Below are positions 39,401-51,434 of a stretch of 64,000 bases of DNA, piece by piece. The notes under the pieces were generated by a model. That model was given only the letters and a program-made list of their open reading frames with translations. It was not told the DNA's origin and made no database searches. The stretch's first letter is position 1; each line of letters opens with the position of its first letter. The position numbers and the translations under genes were made by a program. Origin of the DNA: Auanema rhodensis (Eukaryota; Animalia; Nematoda); the NCBI GenBank assembly GCA_964057225.1, contig OZ059898.1, forward strand, positions 14,446,001-14,510,000, in the 5' to 3' direction.

Positions 39401-40141
39401 CACTTGGAAGGAGAAAAAGGACCAAAATAAGAGAGAGATGATGGCTCTGGGGGTGGCAGAAGAAATGCAAGTAACGTGCGTATACTCGAAACCACCCAGT
39501 GCCATTATTTCTTCCAAGAAAGCACAATGTATGTCACTTCCGTTTAGATTAATAAATGGAAGAAGGTTGAAAAAAGAAACTGAACAGCATTCAGATAAAA
39601 GCAAAAATGAATGGACAAGTTGAGGTCTTCTCCAAACAACCAAAAGTCCAATCGGAAGACTTCTATGAGGACGTGTAGCCGACCAAGCTACCTCCGATAT
39701 GCTTCCGTTATTACTGGCTGTGTTCGTCGACTGCCTTCCGATTTGGTTCATTTGCCATTAAGCGGCTCGGTACTTCACTTTACTACTTTCAAATTATTAT
39801 TTTTTCTTTTTCTGATAACCATAACATGAAAGCCTGATTATGAAATAAGATCTATGAGAAGAGATACATAGGACGTTATCTAAATAACGGAAAAACAAGG
39901 TTTTTTCTTCATTTTTCGCTATAAGATCGTTCAGCTTCTTGAAAATTCGTAACGGATGAACATGAGTGAAGACAGGAGACAAGACAAGTAAATTGAGAAT
40001 AGAAGATTAAGATTGAGGAAAGAGAAGAAGCGAAGAAGTCACGCTCAGGCGCTAAAATCACGTGGACTTAATAAGTATGAAGCATTTTATCAAGACAACT
40101 TGTAAAATAGTAAAGAAAACCGAGTGATTTTCTCTCTCTCT

Positions 40142-40172
<31 letters not shown>

Positions 40173-43100
40173 TAGCCAATTCAAAGACCTCATCTTCTAG
40201 TCTAGTGGAATTTATGCGTTCCGCCTTCAATTGAAGCTGCCACCTCATCGTATCCCTCTAGAGGCAGGCTAAGCAAAACTTAACAGTGAAGAAGACGACT
40301 TGATTTATGGATATGGATGCCATCGCTTTTTTTTTTGTTTCTCCGACTAGCTGTTCGTTTCAGCAGCTGCTACTGACATACACTAGTCTTGCTATATACA
40401 TACATATATAGATTTATATATATAGTTCATATAGTATATAAATATATTAAAAGAAATTAAAAGAAACATGTCTGTATGATGTAAGCTGATTTCATATAGA
40501 GGGAGAGAGATAGAGGGAGAGAGTGAGAGAGAGGGAAAGAGAGAGAAAAAAAGAGAGAGAGTTTTGGAGAGAAAAACATAATCAAAACAAGCTTTGCCAG
40601 CTACAAGGATGACACGAAAAGAAACAAAAAATACCACAAAGAGCAAATGAACGACGACGAAGACGACAACGATGACATGTAGACGACAATCACATGCCGA
40701 ACAACGATGCCAACGACAAAATTCTGACTAAGAAACAAGGTTAGGCTAAATTGAGGCCTGGCAGAAGATGAGAACCACATTTATCTGGCAATGCTTTCGT
40801 TTTAACGCGAGAATCATCATCACTTCTCGAAATGTTTTTTCTGCGGTCGAAGCTTCATTTATTCACTTTGTTCAGCTTCATCGTTATCGCCTACGTTGTC
40901 GTTTTCTTCTGATTTTCTCTCTTCTTCGTCTTTTTCTTCTTCTTCTTCTTCTTCTACCACACGATGATTTACATTTTTGAATATACATATTCCCTCATAT
41001 ATTCATGATCTTTGCTGCTTAACATTGATGTCGATCGCAACGCTTCTTCAGTTGCCGTCGTCTTCCTCTTCGTGCCGACGTCTTCAGCAGGTTTTTCTGT
41101 TCAGCTATATCCGCATCATCTTGTTGTCGTGAAACATTCGGATTTCGACAACTTTTTTTCTGCTCAGGAAAATCTTGTCGATGTTGCTATTGTTGCTTTT
41201 CAGACACAATGCAAACAAGGAAATCATGAAGCATCTCTTGAAACAAATTAAAAAAAAGTCCAAAATTTGGAGAAAATTCGTGTAAAAAATGGAAAAAATG
41301 AAGTATTGAAGCAGATACTAGAGTCTAGAGTTAAAAACGATGTAGCAGACGAGAAGAGAAAGGTACACGATGGCAGAATCTGAAATCGGAGATATCTCTT
41401 CATCGTCTTCATCGTCTATGATGAACTATGACGACGACAAGCCCGAAGTGAGGGAAAGAGGAAAAGCCTAGTGATATTAGAAGAGAGACAGAGAGATAGA
41501 GAGAGAAGATGGAGAGGGTAGATGGATGGATGGATGGAGGGAGCTAGCAGAAGACAAGGAAATGAAAAAGGTTTGCAAAATCGTTTTGAAAAGCCTTTTC
41601 TGATTCAAAAGCAAATATTCCTTTGCGAGATTTTATTGCTTTTAATGAACTTTCTTCATCATCATATAGGTTCTCATCATCATTCTCACTCTCGTGATCG
41701 CCATCCTCATCAACCTCATCATCATTCTTGATATCCTCGTGGCTGCTTTTCTTTTTCTTTAATTCAAACAAATGTTTCAGCGAAAAAATAATATAAAAAC
41801 TGGAATTCTCTTATATAAATCCCGAAAGGAAGATGTATTTCCTTTATTTTACTGGAAGATGTATCGATTTGACTTATAAAATGTATTGGAAGGAGGGTGA
41901 GAGAGAGAGCGAAGGGAGTAGGTAAGATTTGTTTGAAAATCCACATGTTTATGACAAGGCGCTAATAATAACGTCAAGGTAAGCAAAGGGGGCAATAGAA
42001 ATGAAGAGTAGTGTCATCATATGAATTAAGTGTGTCACATGAGGTTAACCGTGGGAAAAGAACGTCAACCGTCTCAGATGAGACGGTTGATTGTCAGAAC
42101 TGATCGTGTCAAATGAAGAGAAAACCTCTTTAACACGTCGATGAATAGCTAGTTTACGTGAAGACGACGTCAACGTGTAGAAGCTTTAGGTGTGAAATGT
42201 TCATTCAGATGACGAAGAGAGACTTTGAAGACCATATAGTGAAGTGAGGAAATAGGTGAACGACTAGTAACTTGGACGTCGGCAATGATTGCGTTTTAAC
42301 GATGACGTAAACGTCTGATGTACGTTTTGGACTATGTATGTGTGTATGCCTGCATCAGTGTTTAGATTCTCATGATGTGGTAACGATCTCAGACACATAC
42401 ACGGCCAGATTGAATCAGATTAAGCAAGGAGTCAGACTGGAATGTTTCAAATGCAATCCGAAAATGAAATAAATCTGATTGACAAAGTCAGTCAGTCGGT
42501 TGCATATGATGGTGTGGCTGTGCAGCTTGTTCGTCGGCATGAACTCTGCTTCGTTCGAGTCAATTTCTGCTCAATACATCTGTTGTTTTCTTCCTCGTCA
42601 TGTGGAGTTAATGATAATGATAGTGTTCATCATATTCTGAGTTACAACTTGTGCATCATGAATTGGAATTATTAGGAAAGAAAGTCCATTGATGAAATAA
42701 AATATGAGGAAACTAATAGAAAAAGAGAAAACGTAATAAAAATAAAAAAAAATTGGATTGGATAAAAATATAATATATAATGAAAAGTTAATCTATATTA
42801 TATTAACTATGTGATAATATAATAATATAACGTAAAAAAACTATTAAAAACACATAGTTATCATATAATTCCAGTGTTATAGCAATGACTATACTACATA
42901 TGCAGGATATATGATGAGATCTGCAGATGAAATTGAAATTTTACGGAAAAAAAACTACATTCACAACCATTCAATGCCATTTCTGATTACTAAATGAATA
43001 TACTATATTCAATTTATTTCTGTTATACGTGAAAGTTCACGTACTTCCCGTACTTCTCGTGCTTCCCGTACTTTACGTACTTCACGTGATTCAAGTACTT

Positions 43101-44863
43101 CACGTACTTCACGTGATTCAAGTACTTCACGTACTTCACGTGATTTACGTACTATGAGAATATGCTGATTTAAAGTTTGAGCAAAAAATGAATTTCATGT
43201 TTGAATGAAAAGTTGATTTTGATCGACAATGATGATGATGATTGTCATCATCAGTATTATTTATATAATACTCATCATCATCATCATCATCATCAAGAAC
43301 AACAACAACATCATCATTATAAGGCTTGTATGACATTGATGTTGTAACAGTGAATGATATACATAAGTTAGTGAAATGAAAAATGTAAGCAAATCGACAA
43401 TTTTGTAAGGAAATAAAGAACACACAGAAAAAAAAGAATAAAAAAGTGGTTTATGATGTTTACGTGAAACTGAGGAAAAAATGTCATTTTTCTCCATCAA
43501 GGCCGGAAAAAGCGAATACATGTACATGGAGGATGGATGTCGATGTGTGTATGTACATTATACATATGTGTATGTATGTGTGTATGGATATGACGTTGAT
43601 GATAAATGAAAAACAGCTTTTTTCAAGTGAGAAGTATTGTTTTAGGAATTTCCACTCGTTATCGTTATCGTCATCGTTCTAGTTCATCTTCAATTTCTTG
43701 TATAATTATTTCTTATAGTTAAGAAGAGATAAGTGAGCTGGTGAGCTCACTCAGCGCATGAGAGTAGAGTGAACCGAGATAGCAGAGAGTTATTGGAAGA
43801 TGCATAGAAGAGCAGAAACGAAAAAAACCATTAAAGTTCATGAAATAATATAATTTGAATATCATTAGCAAGAATTAGCTTCATTTATATCGTCGTTGAG
43901 AGTAGCTACACAAGATAGAATAAGGGTGAGGGGGGAGTATAGAACATGCATCACATATCCATAGATAATGCTCAGCACATGCACACACATGGACATGTTA
44001 GTAGAGCTTGGATGGCTTGAGAAGTATTGAAATGTGAAGATGAAGCTGAAAGAAGTTGAGAGCTGATGTGAGGAAAAAAAATGAAAATGTGCGCTGTATT
44101 GAAAGTTCGAGTAAAACTGAGAATGAAAACACTGCTGATGCTGCTGATGATGCTGGCAAGGAGAGAGGATGGAAAAGACGAGAGAAGCGCAGGCAGCAGA
44201 GCAGCGGCAGTTGATGTTGCTGCAGCTAGCAATATTAGGAAAAATTCATGTTAAAGCTGTTAGTGAAGGAAGGAGAAGAAAAAGAAGACGAAGTTGGTCA
44301 AAGGACATGTGCTTTCTAGTTGTCATTCATTTCTAAAGAAAAAATTGCAGACGATTCATCACGCAGTTTGAGCTCTTAAATAGCAAAAATAGACAGAAAA
44401 CCTTGGAAAACAAGGCTTTCGGCCTGGCTCAAAGGATAGCTCAGCATCTACTAGCTACTAGCTTCTAACTATTTCGATTCTGAACACATTTCCTGTAATG
44501 TTTAAGGAAGAAATTAATTATTTTTGTCTTAAATTCGATATGCATGTTTCATGACTCGCCTGCCCAGCAGCATGAGAGGCATGTATGTATTTATGATCTA
44601 TGTATGTATGTGTATGTTTCAACACAAGTCTAATTTGCTCTGCTTCAAGTGTATGCTTATCGTCTTTATTTGTTCCGCAACAAAATTAGTTCAATATCAT
44701 CGATTGTTTCTGTTATTTTTGTATTTTTATTTGGTTACGAGTGGAACAAAAGGCAAAAGGATTACAGTAATGTCTTACCTAGTTTCATCGGATTAGCTGG
44801 TAGCTGATACGATTTCGGTTTCGGCGGTGGTTGCGGAGGTTGTCTTAGTAGCGTCGATGACAT
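36439..44863 (-). CDS. ~500-aa disordered protein with a single C-terminal Par6-like PDZ domain
   Basis: In-phase exons (5'->3') 44863-44779, 38838-38765, 38671-38568, 38232-38112, 38062-37891, 37816-37708, 37556-37367, 37314-37097, 37043-36957, 36907-36759, 36672-36576, 36526-36439. PDZ: RTVLVEKTQPGPFGFYIATG..GIFISRV..LSIGDEILYVDDELVKGRTLEYVQSLIA..VVIVLMP. The first exon is less certain and further 5' exons are possible. Confidence 0.85.
42065..42090. repeat. Perfect 12-bp inverted repeat, 2-nt spacer
   Basis: TCAACCGTCTCA-GA-TGAGACGGTTGA. Confidence 0.9.
43036..43152. repeat. 13 x 9-bp tandem repeat (TTCACGTAC) with 27-bp higher-order period
   Basis: Units read directly; TCACGTGA recurs at 43082, 43109 and 43136. 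Confidence 0.95.
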
Positions 44864-47790
44864 CTGAATCATGATAAGCTGATGAAAGGACGAAAAAAAC
44901 GATGTTAATGATCATTATATAAGTAACGAGTAACGAGAAAAAACATTGAATAAAGACGAAAACGACCGAAAAAAACGAGAATAATAATTAAAAGAAGAGG
45001 AAGTAGAAGTAGAAGACGATGAAATTGTCTTTGATCCGAAAATTAAGGAAGATTTTCAATTAGAAGTAAATACCACACACAGAAAATTCCAGAAAAATAC
45101 CAAAAGAAGTTGGATGAAAATGACAAAGTAAAGTAAAGTTAAGAAAAAACTGACAACGAACATATTTGCAAGCTTTGCTTAGATGGAAAGATGAAAATGA
45201 ATCAGTAGTGATGGAGCTGTGTATAAGAGAGAGAGATTGAAGAAATACTTGGAGTTTATAGCAGTTGAATGTGCAAATAAACAACAAAAACATTGAAAAG
45301 GTTAAAACAATTGCTTTGCAAATCTGAATGTACGGAGAGAAGCACGTGTACGTGAGTGTGTGCATCAAACATCATCAGTGAGCTGTATTCAGGGTGAGTC
45401 TTAATGTCAAGAGATTGTGGGGTAGGGGTTGTGGTTAGATGGATTCTGATGTATTGTTAGTTGGTCGTCTTACATCATTATGATGTTGTATCTGTTTGTG
45501 AAGCTCGGCAGCTGAGATTGAGAAAGCGGGGGAGAGAAGAAGAATTGGAGGATATGTTTGGAAGTTTTGGTAACAATGCGATACAATGGAGATAAGTTGA
45601 TCAGCTGAAGTCTATGGAAGCTCTGACATGGATGACAGAGGATATGTACATCTTAGTTTTCGTTTTCTTCACAACCTTATGAATACAACAGAGTAGTAAA
45701 TAGATCGACATGTATACATGTATGAGAGAAGTAGGAAGGCTTAATAGCAAGTAACAACAGAAAAGGCGGAAAGTGAGAAAAAGAAATTTGGGGAGGAGAG
45801 TATGAGTAGGCAAGAACAGTGATTACGCATATTCGGGACAATAATAAGCTTTGGCTATTTGATTGAAGTAGTTGTGATAATGAATACAAGTGATGGTTCA
45901 TATTCAGTTCTAGTGTATGATGGTGTCCTTCGAATACTATGTGAGTGATGACAGATGCATCAACCATGTGAGTTCGGACAGACGTGCTATTTCGTTTTTC
46001 GGTTGCTGTGGCAGCTTTAAATGGCGAGAAGCGGGTAAAACTTTGGCAAACGAATAAGTAAGAAAGAGATTAGTTTGAATATAATGAGAATGACCTTCAT
46101 ATACTATTAAACAAAAGAAATGGACTGTTCTCGTTATCCGGACTAAACGGAAAGAGATAGAGAGAAGAGAGAGGGAAAGAATGGTAATGGCGGGAAGGTA
46201 GATAAGTTGGGAAAAAAGGTAGAAAAATGACGAAAGAGGGGGGAGGAAAAGATAGAAAAAGAGAGAGAGAGAGAGTACTTCATGTCAGAACTGATGACAA
46301 AACATAAAAATAGGAAAAATAGGGAGTCGATTACTAAATTGTTATCGTTGATTGTGAAACATGGATGTGATGCTCTATACTGGCTGTTAGAAGTGATATA
46401 CGTGTTGTTGGAACAACAGTCTAACAAGCTTATATTGTATTCTAGCATATGAAAGCCGTATTAGACGCTCAGACAGATAGAAGGAGGGTGGGGTAGGGTG
46501 GGTTGGGATGATGGTAGACGGAAGGCCATGACTGGTGACAAGAAAAGACGGAGGTTGTTGTATGAAAAGGAAGAAGAAGAAAATGGACAAAGATCGAGAA
46601 ACGAAGAAGAAGTATAGTGATGATATATCTGAGAGAACAATGATTGTTAGATGTATTTTGTTCCAAAAATATCTGAATGTATATCTAAATATGGCAAGAC
46701 ATCAGAAGTCTGGTCAGTCAGGAACGTTATCGACGAACGAGGTACTGAAATGGAAAATAGTAAGAGGAGATGCGAGAATGAGAGAAAGAGAGCTGAGAGA
46801 GAGTGAAGCAAAAATGGTCTGTAGAAGAGAAAGTTTGCGGAGCAAAAAAAGAGAAAATGAAGAGATGAGGAGGCAAGCGATGGCTTTGTGTGTGATCGGT
46901 GAATAGACAAGTGTAGCCATAAAAAATGACAATGAATTTACGAATAACAAACAAACAAACAAGCAGATGAATGTATGTTGGTCGACAACGACGATTTAGA
47001 AGCGCACGACGATGATGGTGACAACAGACGACGACGACGATAATGATGATGATGAGAAGGAGAAGCAGAAGGAACGATAGCTGAGATGAAGATGATGTTC
47101 GAAAGCTGTAACGTATCTATAGATAGATAATGTACGGTATTATGCTTGCAAAACGATGAAATGGGCAGAGATGATGAAAAACAGTTGCGGAAGCTGGATT
47201 CCATTGCATAGGCTGTGTAGATGATTGACATACTCACACACAAATTCACATGTGATCAGTAACAAGAGCAATGATAATGAGCTAGATTCTGAACATTCAG
47301 ATGACATTCAGAAGAAAACGATGAAGATGGCCCAACTGAGAAGAGGCAACATTGTGAAAGGAAATGAACGATTACATGACTATTGATGAACGTCAAATGG
47401 TTAGTATGGTTAAGATGGTATGGTTAACGAACAACTATTCCAGAAACATGAAAGTATGCAAAGATTGAGGAAAATGTCTCGGAGAGATTATGAAAAGTAA
47501 GAGAGCGAGCAGAGAAATGATGGAAAAACAATGACGATTTCGTTCTTTCCATCCTTCTCTCTCTATGTTTCTCTGTGCCGGAGATTAGAGGAATAATCCA
47601 TCTTTTGAGTCGTCGTCGTCGTCGTCGAACAGAAGTTGTCGTCGTTGACAGAAGATACACATAGACGTACATGAGACGACATTTAGAGTCAAACGGTTTT
47701 CGTTCGAGGAATGTCCTTAGATAGTGGAGGAAACCCATTTTTTTGCACAAAAAAGGTATTCAAGCTGTAGAAATGAAATTGAGCTATGAC

Positions 47791-47791
<1 letters not shown>

Positions 47792-47834
<43 letters not shown>
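47792..47834. repeat. (GA)n microsatellite
   Basis: Direct read. Other GA/CT tracts at ~50961-51006, 53270-53312, 54550-54628, 55518-55562, 56119-56165, 58576-58650 and 62750-62792. Confidence 0.97.
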
Positions 47835-47839
<5 letters not shown>

Positions 47840-50092
47840 AGAAAAAGTAAAAGGGAAGAAACGGAGAAGAAAGAGGTTCGAGGTACAAGGAGCATAGTTA
47901 GTTACGCTGATGGAGACATATGCATATCTAAGTGAATGATGGTATAGTATGTAGTAGATGAAACCTATAGTTATAAACACGAAGTTAAACTGGCCATTTA
48001 TGTGGAAACGTTAGCTAGATGATGAGAAGAAGGTAGCGTGACGGATAAGGAGAGAAGAGAATGAGGCAAGCATGGATCAAAGAAAACGACGAAGAAAGAG
48101 GAGTATAGTTCTGAAGTAAAGGTAGTGAGAGATTACAAAGAAACGGTCTAAACCAATGGGGGACAAGGGAGTGGAGTGGAGAGAGAATATGCCCTTGAAG
48201 GGGCATTAGGCAGTAACGTCCATTTTGGGACAACGAGATTCTGAAGCGAAAAAGTGCTGAGAGTCGGCTAAGAAAAGTTAGAATAACATGAGCGACAGGA
48301 TTGAATAGACAATGTTAGAGAGAAATAGAGGGAGAGAGGAAGAGGGAAAGTAAGAGAGTGAAAAAGAATATTATGGTTACTTAAGATTCGAATAAACAAC
48401 CTGACTTATAAATTGATTGATAGGTTGTTCATGGAAGGAAATAGTCAACTTTGATTGGAATTTCGTAGTAAATACTAACAGACAACATCAGCGCTCGATG
48501 AGACATCATGAATCAGATGAAGATGATGTCAATGATGTCAATGATAAAGAAACATTATTCAAAGGTAACACGTATACTAAGATGGTAAAGTAAAATGAAA
48601 TTGAGAGGAAGATGAGTTAATGGTCGTGATGGCAGAAGAAGAGATTCTGACGGGTTTTTTTTGCTTCTCGTTTGTTTCCGAAAACAGACATTCATATACA
48701 GCATGTAAAGACATTGTAACCCTTTCCTCTTTAACAGAAGCAGTAAACGAGGAAGAATACGAAAGACAATTTTTTTTAGTTTGTTCGTTTACTGTTCAAG
48801 AAGTTGCGAATAGGCTGATTGAGAGCATGAAAACTGCCGTTTTTCTGTTCAGAGGATAAGCTGAAGAAAAGAAAAATGGCTGAATAGCACAAAAAAACTG
48901 AAACGCTTGAAAAGGACATCATGAAGCAATCTGGAGAATAATAAGAGACAGAAGTTATACAGTGGAAGACATAGTGATAAAGAGGAAGGAGAGTTAAATT
49001 GGTTGGAAAGATCGAGGGGTTAGTGCGAGAAAGCAAGAGGGAGGAAAAGAGAGAGAAAGAGAGAGAAAGAAAGAGGGAGAGGCGATATAAGGCAATCTTA
49101 GCAAAGGGTACTTGGGCATAAGATACACATATTTACATACATCTATATATCTCAAGGGGATGATATAGTTTGTGGTTGAAAGAACAAAAACTAAATATGA
49201 GTATTATACGCAAACGAACGAAAAAACTAAAATTCGAGGAAAATATGCGGAAAACGTTATGAAAACTACAAAAAGGAAACATCGGAATCATGAGTTGAGT
49301 GAGGCCAACCAGCGTCAACTGAGACAGCGATAGCGAATTCTGATGGTAGAATGATTGGGAAAAAACAAAAATCGGACAGATCAGGATGTTGGTCGTTACG
49401 GAACGGTGGAATTCGGAATGGCATCGATAAGCTCAGTGAACTAGAGATAGAGAGATCAAGACCAAAAGAGAAAGAGAGAGAAAGATTGGCATGTGGTCCC
49501 CACTTCAAGGTATACAGGAGGATGCCAAACTAGAAGGACATTGACAGCATGAGCGACAATGCAAATGTTGCAAATGGAAGACAAAAAAACGAGAGAGATC
49601 AGAATGAAACAGACAATAACCATATAAGGAATGAATTACGTTTATGCTTTCGTTTTAAGACCAATTACTTGCAATTGGTTAATGGAGCAGTGAGTGAAAG
49701 TGGTCACCTAAACGTGTTAACCATATCGAGACAGGAATAAGGTGAGAGTATAGGAAAAAAAGATCAGAAAGGTGAAAGAAAGAAAAAAGAATAAAGGAAG
49801 TAAATTCTCCCAGTTTTTTGCCAAAAAAATTTGAAGAACTTATTGTCTTGGATAATTCCAAAGAGGTTGTTCATAAGCTTAGAAGAGAGGGTAGAGAAAA
49901 GAAGGAAAGAAATGAGTGTTAGGGATAAGATGAGAAATGAGAATAAAAGGTTGAAGAAAAGAATAAGAACATGAAAGAGAGGATAAAGATATATATACAT
50001 AGATATAGAGAGAGAAGAAGAAGAAGAAGAGAGGGATTAGAGAGAGAATATATGAGTTTCTTTGGGCTTTATGTTAAAGAAAACATCAAATT

Positions 50093-50326
50093 TCATTCGC
50101 TCATCTTCTTCAGTAGAGCATGAAATGAACTTGTGGAAAACAATTTGGTCCCATTTTTAGAATATGTTGATGACGTGATGTTGGATACTTCAAAAGGGAC
50201 GACAACGATGGAGGCGATGGGCATTTGATATCGTCGCCTCTGGGTGGTATTCTGGCCATTCGAATAAGATAAGAAAAAAGTGAATAATATGATGTTTAAG
50301 AAATAAGAATATAAATAAATAAACAT
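50093..50326 (-). CDS. Candidate 77-aa secreted peptide
   Basis: True ATG. Signal-peptide-like MFIYLYSYFLNIILFTFFLSYSNG, then QNTTQRRRYQMPIASIVVVPFEV.. with three N-x-T sequons. A putative 5'UTR intron spans 50925-50425 (GTAAG..CTGCAG). Confidence 0.35.
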   Translation of the reverse strand: MFIYLYSYFLNIILFTFFLSYSNGQNTTQRRRYQMPIASIVVVPFEVSNITSSTYSKNGTKLFSTSSFHALLKKMSE

Positions 50327-50960
50327 ATAATTAAAAAAAAAGAAGTTAAAAAAAGGTTAAAAATAAGTTGAATGGTCTAGAAGAAACCGACCATGTAACG
50401 TAGATGAGCAACCGCTTCTCGCACCTGCAGCTACAACAATAAAAACGAAATGAGCACAAGAAAAAAGCACATTTTACGTGCAATTTTCACGTAACCTAAT
50501 GACGTGAATAATTTACGTGAAACTCACGTGAGATTATCTTTACACTTTTGTTTGGTTCAATATTAAAGTATTTAGCAGAAAAAAATTAGGAAATTAAATA
50601 CTTATGAAAGAAAATATATAATTTGAAAACTTTTTGATGAAAAAAAAAGTTGATGAAAGTAAAGATTTTAAAGAGTATTGTCTTGCATCATAACGAACTT
50701 CAATATACATACAAAGAACACATGATATAATCTTGAAATGAGATATTCTTATAGTTAATATAGTTTGAATTGTAGATGAAGGAGTATCAAATGGATAAAG
50801 AAGTAGAAAAAGAAAAAAAAGAGGTTTAATCAGGTAATATACATCATATGAATATGAATATGAAATGAAAATAAATGTTTTTTTTATATATTTAAAACAA
50901 GAAAATATGAAGAGGAATCTCTTACTTGTCTTCCAAGAGGTTGATTTGAAACGGGAAAAT

Positions 50961-51010
<50 letters not shown>

Positions 51011-51268
51011 TACAAAAAATAAATTAAAATGTTCAAAACGAAAAAAAAGTTGAAGAAGAAGAAGAAATGGATAAAGGGGCAGTGAAGTTGAGTAATGAAC
51101 GAAGATATGAGAGTAACAGAGATTGAGTTGAAGAAGAAGGAAAAAGTTCCAATAACTTCTTAATTAAATGACGTCATTATGATAGAAAATGAGGTGAATG
51201 AATAGAAGTGATAAACTAAATACTATGAAGAGTTAATGAAACAAAGATGAGATTGAGGGAGAGAGAGA

Positions 51269-51434
51269 GGTAACGAATTGAGGGAATCGAATGATAGGAA
51301 AGAGAGAGAGAGAGAGGTAACAAATTGAGAGAATCGAATGATAGGAGAGAGAGAGAGAGAGGTAATGAATAGAGAGAATCGAATGATAGGAGAGAGAGAG
51401 AGAAAGGTAATGAATAGAGAGAGAATAGAACGAT
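51269..51434. repeat. ~45-bp minisatellite x ~4 with embedded (GA)n
   Basis: Units GGTAAyrAATwGAGrGAATCGAATGATAGGA(GA)n start at 51269, 51316, 51361 and 51406 (the last is degenerate). Confidence 0.9.

Noticed and set aside
40741-40746. TTAGGC telomere seed / DNA-elimination site
   Set aside because: Only isolated single hexamers scattered across the window; no array or supportable breakage motif.
41544-41771. Acidic 75-aa ORF
   Set aside because: Derived from a (GAT)n-like low-complexity tract, non-ATG start, no usable splice sites found.
43036-51434. CRISPR-like arrays
   Set aside because: Eukaryotic DNA; the two repeats in this span are tandem with no unique spacers and there are no cas genes.
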